Positions 29,872 to 38,600 of a DNA stretch of 64,000 nucleotides are shown here, one piece after another. Under the pieces are notes generated by a model, which saw nothing but the letters and a program-made list of their open reading frames with translations, was not told the origin of the DNA and did not search any database. Source of the DNA: Candidatus Limnocylindria bacterium (GTDB lineage: Bacteria; Chloroflexota; Limnocylindria; QHBO01). The position numbers and the translations under genes are program-made. How positions within the stretch are numbered: the first letter of the stretch is position 1; every line of letters begins with the position of its first letter. The stretch covers positions 1,694 to 65,693 of the forward strand of contig DASSTC010000049.1 of assembly GCA_035708065.1 (NCBI GenBank). Reading direction: 5' to 3'.

Positions 29872-30608
29872 GCCGATGACCAGGCAGATGCGATGAGCGC
29901 CAGCCCGAGGATCGCCACCAGCACGAACACCGAGCGCCGGAAGACCGGCTCGGGCAGGCGCCGCAGGATCGGTCCGCCGAGCAGCGTGCCGGCCAGCACG
30001 CCGATCGCCGCAACGACGACCACCGGCCAGTTGCCGAGCATCTCGCCGCCGCCGGTCGCCAGGTAGACCGGGATTCGGGCGAAGTCCACGACCAGCCCGA
30101 TCGCCGTGGCGGTGGCCACCACCGCGCGGCCGTCCATCGGGAAGTGGAGCAGCGCCGCGGAGCGGATCCCGCCCTGGTTGCCGACCAGCCCGCCGAAGCC
30201 ACCGGAGAGCGCCCCGGCCAGGATTGCCCACGGCGCGCCGCTGATCCGGAAGCGCCGCGACAGCCCGCTGGCGCCGGAGACGCCGGCGAAGATGAGGAGG
30301 ATGCCCAGGACGACCGACAGCAGGGAGCTGCTGGCCGCTGCATGCAGCAGCGCCCCCACCAGGCCGCCCGCTGCGCTCGCCGCGCCGAACGTCAGCAGCA
30401 CGCGGCGGTCGATCGCATCGCGCAGCATCCAGGCGCGCAGCGCCGTGGCGGCGACGTGCGGCAGGGCGACGAGCAGCACCGCGACCTTGGTGCCGTAGCT
30501 CAGCGCCAGCAGCGGCGTCAGCATGCTGCCGATGCCGAAGCCGGCGATCGCCGCGACGCCACCCGCCAGGACCGCGACCAGCAGCGTGGCGAGGAGCAGC
30601 AGGAGCAT
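29868..30608 (-). CDS. TauE/SafE (DUF81) family sulfite/anion exporter membrane protein
   Basis: 246 aa, 7-8 TM helices with duplicated Gly-rich halves (GFGIGSMLTPLL ... GGFGGLVGNQGG). Confidence 0.75.
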   Translation of the reverse strand: MLLLLLATLLVAVLAGGVAAIAGFGIGSMLTPLLALSYGTKVAVLLVALPHVAATALRAWMLRDAIDRRVLLTFGAASAAGGLVGALLHAAASSSLLSVVLGILLIFAGVSGASGLSRRFRISGAPWAILAGALSGGFGGLVGNQGGIRSAALLHFPMDGRAVVATATAIGLVVDFARIPVYLATGGGEMLGNWPVVVVAAIGVLAGTLLGGPILRRLPEPVFRRSVFVLVAILGLALIASAWSSA

Positions 30609-30654
30609 CGGCCGATGCTAGGCATGTGGCACCGCTCGTGCACCCGGCAAGCGC

Positions 30655-31080
30655 ATGACTGATTTCGAACGGAACCCGGGGGCCATCGACGACCCGAGCG
30701 GTCGCGGCGGCCAGGATGTCGACCCGCACCGCCTGCCGCCCGGCGACACGGCCGATGACGTGGGCGGCCCGGGCGAGCCGGAGGCTGCCGAGCTCGACCT
30801 GCCGGGGCCGGACGACCCGGTGGCGTGGAACTATGTCGAGAAGGGAACGAAGGTCGTCGGCCCGAACGGGGAGAAGCTCGGCAGCGTGAAGGAGATGCTC
30901 GGCACCGACGAGGGCATCTTCCATGGCGTGGCCGTCGATGCTGACGGCCACGGCATCGTGCGCATGGTGCCCGCGGCACAGGTGACGCTGCTCACGCCAT
31001 CGAAGGTCGGCGTCGCGGTCGACGCCGACGCGCTGAAGCGTCTCGAGCGCTACGAGCCGCCGTCGACCGTCACCGTCTAG
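30655..31080 (+). CDS. PRC-barrel-like (DUF2171-like) hypothetical protein
   Basis: 141 aa; acidic N-terminus then a beta-barrel-like VVGPNGEKLGSVKEMLGTDEGIFHGVAVDADGHGIVRMVPAAQV segment. Confidence 0.5.
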   Translation: MTDFERNPGAIDDPSGRGGQDVDPHRLPPGDTADDVGGPGEPEAAELDLPGPDDPVAWNYVEKGTKVVGPNGEKLGSVKEMLGTDEGIFHGVAVDADGHGIVRMVPAAQVTLLTPSKVGVAVDADALKRLERYEPPSTVTV

Positions 31081-31089
31081 CATCGCGGC

Positions 31090-31851
31090 GTGAGCGACTA
31101 TCGCGTCGACCGGCTCTTCCCGGATCCGCAGGCCGGTCTCCTGCTCGACGAGGCGTTCGCCGACCTGGCGCTGCCCTCGCCGCCTGCCGGGCGGCCGTAC
31201 GTCGCGGTCAACATGGTCACGAGCGTCGACGGACGGGCGCAGGTCGCCGGCGCGGCGGAGGGCCTGGGCTCGCGGGTCGACCGCCGCCTGATGCGGCTGC
31301 TGCGCGCCGGGTTCGACGCGATCGGCACCGGGTCCGGGACGCTGCGTGCCGCCGGATTCTGGCCGCGGCTGCCGGACGACCTCGCGGCGCGACGGCGCAG
31401 CGCCGGCATGGCGGGGCAGCCGGTCAGCGTGGTGATCGCCGGATCGACCCCCGTCCCGCTCGAGCGGTGGCACGCCGGGGACGAGCCGCGGCTCCTGTTC
31501 GTCGGACGCGACAATCCGCAGGAGCCTCCGACGGACGGCAGCCAGCTGCTTCGCGCGCCGACTGCCGATCCGGCGCCGGCGTGGATCCTCGACGCGCTGG
31601 CAGAGCGCGGGATCGCCTCGCTCCTGCTCGAGGGCGGACCGACCGCCAACGCTGCCTTCCTGGCCAATCAGACGCTCGACGAGATCTTCTGGACGCTCGG
31701 CGCCTCGCTCGTCGGCAGCGACGCCCTGGGCATGATCGCGCCGATCCCCGGCGGCTCGCCGTGGGCTGACGATCCTCGGCGCGGCGCGCTGGTCAGCGTC
31801 CATCGCAACGGCGATGAGCTCTTCCTGCGCTACCGCTTCGCGGCGGCGTAG
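31090..31851 (+). CDS. RibD C-terminal-domain (dihydrofolate-reductase-like) reductase
   Basis: YVAVNMVTSVDGR ... GSGTL ... LLLEGGPTANAAFL resembles the RibD_C / DHFR-like NADPH-binding fold. Confidence 0.7.
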   Translation: MSDYRVDRLFPDPQAGLLLDEAFADLALPSPPAGRPYVAVNMVTSVDGRAQVAGAAEGLGSRVDRRLMRLLRAGFDAIGTGSGTLRAAGFWPRLPDDLAARRRSAGMAGQPVSVVIAGSTPVPLERWHAGDEPRLLFVGRDNPQEPPTDGSQLLRAPTADPAPAWILDALAERGIASLLLEGGPTANAAFLANQTLDEIFWTLGASLVGSDALGMIAPIPGGSPWADDPRRGALVSVHRNGDELFLRYRFAAA

Positions 31852-31860
31852 CATCGCTCC

Positions 31861-32769
31861 ATGGCCAACCTCGATCTCGGCCGGCTCGGCATCTGGGGCC
31901 ATCTCGACAGCCTCGACATCGATGCCGCGCGCGCCTACGCGCGGCGCGTCGACGAGCTCGGCTACGGCACGCTGTGGGTGCCGGAGACCGTCGGCCGTGA
32001 CCCGTTCACCCTGCTCGGCCTGATCGCCGGCTCGACGGGCTCGGTGCGGCTGGGCACCTCGATCTCCAGCATCTGGGGGCACGACGCGCAGTCGACCCGC
32101 ATGGCGGCGATGACCCTCCACGAGGCGACCGGCGGCCGGTTCGTGCTGGGGCTCGGCGTTTCGCACCCCCATCTCGCGGAAAAGCTGCGCGGCCACGACT
32201 ACGGCCGCCCGCTGACCCAGATGCGCGAGTTCCTGGCCGCCTACCGTTCCGCGATCTATCGAGGACCGATGCCCCCCGAACCCGTGGCCGATCCGCCCGT
32301 GCTGCTGGCGGCACTCCGCGAGCGGATGCTGGCGCTGTCAGCCACCGACGCGGACGGCGCGTTCCCGTACCTGGTGACGCCCGCGCGCGTGGCCGAGATG
32401 CGCGCGCTGCTCGACGGCGCGGTCGCCGGCGCCGACGCGCCACGTGCCACCCTGGCCGTCAGCCTGCCGGTCGCGCTCGACTCGATGGTCGACGACACGC
32501 AGGCCGCGGCACGCGGCTACCTCGCGCCGTACCTGCGCACGCCGAACTACCACGCCAGCTGGACGCTGCAGGGCTTCGAGGAGGCCGACTGGCAGAAGCC
32601 CGGCAGCGATCGGTTGGTCGACGCGATGGTGGCGTGCGGCAGCGTCGACGACGTGCGGCAGCGGATCGCCGCGTTCCTCGATGCGGGAGCGGACCACGTG
32701 GCGCTCATCCCGCTCGACGCCGAGGGCAGGACCGAGCACCTCGAAACGGTCGAGGCGTTCGCCGGCTGA
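31861..32769 (+). CDS. LLM-class (luciferase-like) F420-dependent oxidoreductase
   Basis: LGIWGHLD ... GYGTLWVPE ... RFVLGLGVSHP ... DAGADHVALIP, typical of TIGR03564/03619-like F420 LLM proteins. Confidence 0.75.
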   Translation: MANLDLGRLGIWGHLDSLDIDAARAYARRVDELGYGTLWVPETVGRDPFTLLGLIAGSTGSVRLGTSISSIWGHDAQSTRMAAMTLHEATGGRFVLGLGVSHPHLAEKLRGHDYGRPLTQMREFLAAYRSAIYRGPMPPEPVADPPVLLAALRERMLALSATDADGAFPYLVTPARVAEMRALLDGAVAGADAPRATLAVSLPVALDSMVDDTQAAARGYLAPYLRTPNYHASWTLQGFEEADWQKPGSDRLVDAMVACGSVDDVRQRIAAFLDAGADHVALIPLDAEGRTEHLETVEAFAG

Positions 32770-32820
32770 CGAACGCCTCGATCCTCCGTTGCCCGGCGAC
32801 TCCGTTGAGCCGCCGCATCG

Positions 32821-35148
32821 TCAGCCGCCGATGAGCTTCAGCAGCTGGCTCTGCACGTTGGTGCTGACCACGCCGGTCCCGCCGAGGATCACCACCGTCT
32901 TGGCCCCCAGGCGCTTGATCTCGGTCGACGTCGCGGCCGGGATCGTGTCCTTGGTCACGAGCAGCAGCGGCGCGCCCTGGACCGATGCCGGTGGACCGCC
33001 GGCCAGCGCATCAGGGAAGTTCAGGCCGTTCGCCACGTAGACCACCTTCGCCCCGGTCGGGAACACCGCCTTCGAGACCGCCACGGCGGTCGACCAGCGG
33101 TCGGTGCCGGCGAGGCGAGTGACGTTGGCCGTCACCGTCTTCAGCTCGTTGACGGCCGTGCCGGAGACGACGCCCGTCCCGCCGAGCACGACGATCCTCG
33201 CCGGCTTCAGCCGCTTGAGCTCGGCCATGATCACCGTCGGCACGTCGTCCTTGGTGGTCAGCAGGATCGGCCCGTGCTGTCGCCCCGCCGCCGGGACGCC
33301 GGCGAGCGCGTCGGGGAAGTTCACGCCCGTCGCCACGTACACGACCGGCACCGGGATGGTGCTGAACGTCGTCGAGGAGATCGTCGCCGAGGTCGAGTAG
33401 CGGTCCGCGCCCGCGCGCCGCACGACGACCGACGAGTACTTGGCGAGGTCCGATTTGATCTTGTCGGAGACGACCCCGGTGCCCCCGACGACCACGATCT
33501 TCTTCGGCTTCAGCCGCGTCAGCTCGCTCGCCGTCTCGGTTGGGATCCCGGTTGGCGCCACCAGCAGGACCGGTCCGCCTTCCTTCGCCGCTGCCGGCCC
33601 GGCCGACAGCGCATCGGCGAATCCGGTCCCGGTGGCGATATAGACGACCGGCACCGGGACGGTCTTGTATCGGTTGAAGGAGACCGATGCCGCCGTCGCG
33701 TAGCGGTTCGCGCCGGAGTAGCGCACCACGGTCGGCTTCGTCGTCGGCGTCGCGGTCGCGGTCGGCTTCGGGGTAGCCGTCGCGCTCGGTTTCGGGGTCG
33801 CCGTGGCGGTCGGCTTCGCTGTCGCCGACGGCGTGGCGGTCGGCGGCGGGCTCGACAGCGAGGTGAAGCTGTGCAGGTAGTAGCCCGACTTCCGGTCGGA
33901 CCCGACGACGAGCATGCCCGTCGTCGCGCTCGGATTCTGCTTGCTGGTCGACGGGTCGTTGATCGCGGTGTCGCTACTGCTCTGCATCAGCGCCGTCCCC
34001 TTGCCCGCCGGGAACGTGAGCGTGCTCAGCGGGGCCCACTTGTAGTAGACGACGCCGCCATTCTCGGACTCGGCGGCGAAGAAGTAGATGCGGCTATTGG
34101 CCGTGTCGATCGCGATCTGCGGTCGGGTCTGGTTGTTGTCCACGCCGGCGACGTCACGCAGGGTCACCCCGTGCGTGCTCCAGGCCCCCGTGGCGCTGCG
34201 AGCCGCGAGGTAGGTGACGTACTCCTCGGACTGGTCGGTCATCGTCTTCAGCGCCGCGTAGACCACGCCGTTCAGGGTTTTGAGGTTCATGTGGTCGTTG
34301 GCGATCGTCTTGCCCCAGGCGACCTTCTCGCGCGTCGACCAGGTCCCGGTGGGGTCGCCGTCGGTATGCGTCGAGAACCAGAAGCCGGTCTCACCGTTTC
34401 CATCGGCCACCTGGTCGCTCCACATCACGCCGATCTTGTTCGGGGCGAAGGCGATCACCGCCGAGATGTCGTCTGCAGCGGGCGAAGAGCCCTGACTGGG
34501 CAGCACCTGATTTGACCAGGTGAGGCCGTCAGTGCTGCTCGCAATCCACACGTCGTCCCGGGCCGTGTTGGCGTTGGGCAGCGTGTAGGTGACCCACATG
34601 CGCCCGGTCGAGTCCCGCGCGATCGTCGCCGACTCGGCGGCGCCGGCATCGATCGTGACGCCGGTCAGGATCGGGAAGCCGGCGTCCGCGGTGTAGGTGC
34701 CCGATGCGAACGTGTAGCGGAAGACATGCACGCCCGGCGTCGACGCCGAGTCGTCGGTCGAGACGACCCACAGCTTGTTGTTGGCGCCGTCGAACAGGTA
34801 ATCGCCGTGCGACTTGTTGCGCTCGTCGATCTTGACGCCGGTGGTCGTCCAGGTCTGCGTCGACGTATTGAGCTGGTAGATCTCGTACTCGCCGTTGCCG
34901 CCGCCGGCCGGCAGGTGGAACAGGCCGCCCCACCACGAGCCGCCGGCGTACCAGACCTTGGACTGCGGCTTGTCGGCGGTTGCCCGGAACGTGTTGGTGG
35001 TACTGGCGGGCTGGTACTGGAAGTCCCGATAGCCGGCCGTGACGGCCACGGCGTTGCTCGTCCCCGTCGCGATGGTGACCGCGGCGACCATGGCGGCGAC
35101 GAAGGCGACGAACGGCAGACGGAGTGAGCGCAGGGTACGCGCGGGCAA
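32821..35148 (-). CDS. secreted surface protein: N-terminal BNR/sialidase-like beta-propeller region, Pro/Thr/Ala linker, three CWB2 (cell-wall-binding 2) repeats
   Basis: Signal peptide from TTG 35148 after a GGGGGAGG SD; STDGLTWSN BNR-like motif; three C-terminal ~100-aa repeats (RYSGANRYATAASVS...VVGGTGVVS) of the CWB2 type. Hand counts of three 60-nt lines in this gene gave 60-68% GC against ~78% for one flanking line. Confidence 0.75.
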   Translation of the reverse strand: MPARTLRSLRLPFVAFVAAMVAAVTIATGTSNAVAVTAGYRDFQYQPASTTNTFRATADKPQSKVWYAGGSWWGGLFHLPAGGGNGEYEIYQLNTSTQTWTTTGVKIDERNKSHGDYLFDGANNKLWVVSTDDSASTPGVHVFRYTFASGTYTADAGFPILTGVTIDAGAAESATIARDSTGRMWVTYTLPNANTARDDVWIASSTDGLTWSNQVLPSQGSSPAADDISAVIAFAPNKIGVMWSDQVADGNGETGFWFSTHTDGDPTGTWSTREKVAWGKTIANDHMNLKTLNGVVYAALKTMTDQSEEYVTYLAARSATGAWSTHGVTLRDVAGVDNNQTRPQIAIDTANSRIYFFAAESENGGVVYYKWAPLSTLTFPAGKGTALMQSSSDTAINDPSTSKQNPSATTGMLVVGSDRKSGYYLHSFTSLSSPPPTATPSATAKPTATATPKPSATATPKPTATATPTTKPTVVRYSGANRYATAASVSFNRYKTVPVPVVYIATGTGFADALSAGPAAAKEGGPVLLVAPTGIPTETASELTRLKPKKIVVVGGTGVVSDKIKSDLAKYSSVVVRRAGADRYSTSATISSTTFSTIPVPVVYVATGVNFPDALAGVPAAGRQHGPILLTTKDDVPTVIMAELKRLKPARIVVLGGTGVVSGTAVNELKTVTANVTRLAGTDRWSTAVAVSKAVFPTGAKVVYVANGLNFPDALAGGPPASVQGAPLLLVTKDTIPAATSTEIKRLGAKTVVILGGTGVVSTNVQSQLLKLIGG

Positions 35149-35586
35149 CAGAACCTCCCCCTCGGTGCGAGGAATGATCTTCCGCCAGAGAGCAGCGGAA
35201 CGATGGAGCGTGCAGCCTACCCCAAAGTACTGGCGCAGTACCAGACCCGGTGCCCGGCGCTGTTGACGTGCGGAAACGGTTTGGTCTTGATCCGCTGTCG
35301 AACTTCGTGCCGCGACTTCGCACCGGCGACTCCGGCTGCGCCGAGGGCGCACATGCCGTCCTGGTGCGCGCTAACCGAGTCCGCGGCGCCCAGCGGCGGC
35401 TTCGTCGTGCTCGGTCACGCTCAGGTCCAGCGTCAGGGTGCCTCTGCCACTCACCTAACGCGCACCAGCGCGGCATATGCGCGGTCGAAGCGAAGCGCCG
35501 GGCCTGGTGCGCTCCGGAGGCGCAGTCGCACGGCCGAAGTCCATTCGAATCGGCTGCTGAGCTCACGCCTGCACCCCCGTACCAGT

Positions 35587-35602
35587 TAGAACATCCGTTC
35601 TA
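35587..35602. promoter_or_regulatory. LexA operator (TAGAACATCCGTTCTA) in the dnaE2 promoter
   Basis: Identical 16-mer to the imuA box (18-bp identity including the flanking TA), 14 nt upstream of the dnaE2 ATG; TATACT -10-like hexamer overlaps its 3' edge. Confidence 0.75.
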
Positions 35603-35616
35603 TACTGCACGGTCCG

Positions 35617-38600
35617 ATGCCGACGCCGGACGACCCCGCCGCCTACTGCGAGCTGCACGCGCACAGCAACTTCAGCTTCCTCGACGGCGCGAGCCACGTC
35701 GAGGATCTGGTGGCCCTGGCGGCGCTCCTCGATCTCCCGGCGCTGGCGATCACCGATCACGCCGGCCTGTACGCCGCCGTCCGGCTGGTCAAGGCAGCCG
35801 AGCAGACCCAGACCGATGCCGCACGGTCCGCTGGCCTCTCCCCGGTCCGCCCCATCATCGGCCTGGAGCTGTCGATTCCCCGTGACGAGCACGAGCTGCG
35901 GCTCGCGCGTCGCGGTCGCAAGCTGAACGACCCGCTGCGTGGCGAGCGCGCCAGCCGCGGCTGGCCGGGCGAGCTGCATGCCGGACCGATGCCCGGCGAC
36001 CATCTCGTGCTGCTGGCACGCGATGGCGACGGCTACACCGCCCTGTCGCGCCTGGCCAGCCGCGGCCATCTCGCCGGGGAGAAGCAGTTCCCGATCTTCG
36101 AGCGCTCGCTCGTCGAGGCGGCGCTCGACGAGGCACGCGGCCACCTCATCGGGCTGTCCGGCTGTCGCAACGGCGAGGTGCCGCGCCGCCTGCTGGCCGG
36201 CGACGACGGCGAGGCGCTGGCCACGGCGCAACGCTGGGCGAGCCACTTCCCGGAGGGAGGCTTCGGCGTGGAGCTCAGCCATCACCTGCAGCCCGACGAC
36301 GACTGGCTCGTCGCACAGCTCGCCGAGCTGGCGCGGCGCGCCGGGCTGCCCACGGTGGTCACCAACGAGGTGCACTACGCCGAGCCCGGCGGGCATCGGC
36401 TTCAGGACGTCCTCGTCTGCATCCGCCACGGGGCGACGCTGACCGAGGCCCGCGAGCTGCTGCTGCCGAACGCCGAGTACCGGCTGAAGTCAGCGGCCGA
36501 GCTCGCAGCCATCGGTGCCGTCCTGCCCGAGGCGAGTGCGCGCCGGGCGTGGCGGCAGGGGATGGCCGAGGCGGCCCGCATCGGTCAGGCCTGCCGGCTG
36601 GATCTCAATTTCGAGCGCTATCGGTTTCCGGGCTTCACGGTCCCCGAGGGCGAGACGCCGTTCTCATATCTGTACCAGCTTGCACACGACGGCTTACTGC
36701 GCCGTTACCGGCCCATTACCAAGCGCGCACTGCAGCAGCTGACCCACGAGCTGGACATCATCGAGCGGACGCACCTCGCCGAGTTCTTCCTGATCGTGTG
36801 GGACCTGATGGAGTTCGCGCGACGGCGCGGGATCATCGGGCAGGGGCGGGGGAGCGCCGGCGACTCGATCGTGGCCTACTGCCTGGGCATCACCAAGGTC
36901 GATCCGATCGAGCACAAGCTGCTCTTCGAGCGCTTCATCAACGAGGCGCGCACGCTGCCCGACATCGACCTCGACTTCGACGTCAACCGCCGCGAGGAGG
37001 TGATCCAGTACCTGTACACCACGTACGGCGCGGATCACGCCGCGATGGTCTGCACCATCGTCACCTACCGGGCCCGATCGGCCGTGCGCGAGGTGGCCAA
37101 GGCGCTGGGCTTCCCGGCGGCATCGGTCGACCGGCTGGCCAAGGCGCTCGACACGCGCGATGCCTCGGACGTTGCCCGTGACCTGGCGTTGGACGGCTCG
37201 TTCGCCTGGCTCTTCGACGAGCTGGGGATCGACATGGATGCGGCGGCGGTGCCACCCGGCCGCGACGGTCGCGGCCAGCCGGTCTCGGAGGGCGGCTGGT
37301 ACCCGCCGAAGCGGCCGCGCGTCTTCGACCAGTCGGTGACCGCCATCCGATTCGAGGCGACCCAGACGAAGCGCTACGCTGCGGGCGTTGTGCCCGAGCA
37401 CTTGCCGCAGCCCCGCGACACCGGGTCGCCCGGTCCGGCCAGCGAGCGGCGCGCCGTCGTCCGCGTCGATCCGGAGAGCGGGATGCCGATCGAGGAGCGA
37501 CGTGCGCGGTCGGTGATGTTGATCGCTGGCGGTCCGCAACCTGGCCAAACTTCAACCAGGATCGGCTTAGACAAAGACAAGGCGTCCGGGATGGGTGGCG
37601 GCGACGGAAATCGGCCCGCAAACCCCGCAAATCTTGGCACCCAAGGCGCTCGGAAGCCATCCGCGGCCTCGGCGCCCGGTACTCGCCTGCCTAAGCCCGG
37701 TGTCATTCAAGTTTGGCAAGAATCGGGCGAATCAGGCGCGGATGCGACGGATGCGACCGATGCCACCGATCCCACCGATGGGACCGCAGCCACGGCAGCC
37801 ACCACTCCCCACGCCGCTCCCCGCAACCGGTGGCAATGGCTGCTCCAGCTGTGCGGCGAGATCGACGCCTTCCCGCGTCACCTCGGCATCCACGTCGGCG
37901 GAATGCTGGTGACCCGCACCCCGCTCATCGACCTCGTGCCGATCGAAAAGGCGACGATGCCGAACCGGGTCGTGACCCAGTACGACAAGGAGGACATCGA
38001 GCAGCTCGGCCTGGTGAAGATCGACCTGCTCAGCCTGCGCACCCTCGGCGTGGTGGCCGATGCGCTCGACCGCATCGAGCGCGACACGCAGACGCGGCCC
38101 GACCTCGATCAACTCCCCCACGACGACCCCGACGTCTTCAAGACCATCCGCACTGCCGATACGGTCGGCATGTTCCAGATCGAGAGCCGCGCGCAGATGC
38201 AGGCGCTGCCCAAAGCCCGTCCCGAGCGCTTCGAGGACCTCGTCGTGCAGGTCGCGATCATCCGGCCCGGCCCGATCCAGGGCAACGCCGTGCATCCCTA
38301 CCTGCGACGGCGTGCCGGTGCCGAGGAGGTGACCTACCTCCATCCGAGCCTTGAGCCGATCCTCAGCGACACGCTCGGCGTGATCCTCTACCAGGAGCAG
38401 GTGATGCAGATCGCCATCGACGTCTGCGGCTACACGCCGCTCGAGGCGGACATCTTCCGCAAGGCGATGGGCAGCCATCGCAGCCATCGCGAGATGGAGA
38501 AGGAGCACGCGCGCTTCGTGACCGGCGCCCAGCGCACCGGGCTGACAGGCGACGACGCCGAGGAGCTCTTCAAGCGCTGCGGCGCATTCGCCGAGTTCGG

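Noticed and set aside
29242-32196. 984-aa ORF on the minus strand spanning imuB, orf84, TauE, PRC-barrel, RibD_C and LLM genes
   Set aside because: It crosses five well-supported genes in mixed orientations and encodes RRRRR/GAGA low-complexity sequence. Stop codons are scarce because of GC content, so this is not a gene.
35149-35586. ORFs 35203..35589 and 35250..35885 in the intergenic region upstream of dnaE2
   Set aside because: They have weak GC3 bias and no SD or homology, and they run into the dnaE2 promoter/operator. The region is more likely a non-coding regulatory spacer. An sRNA cannot be excluded.
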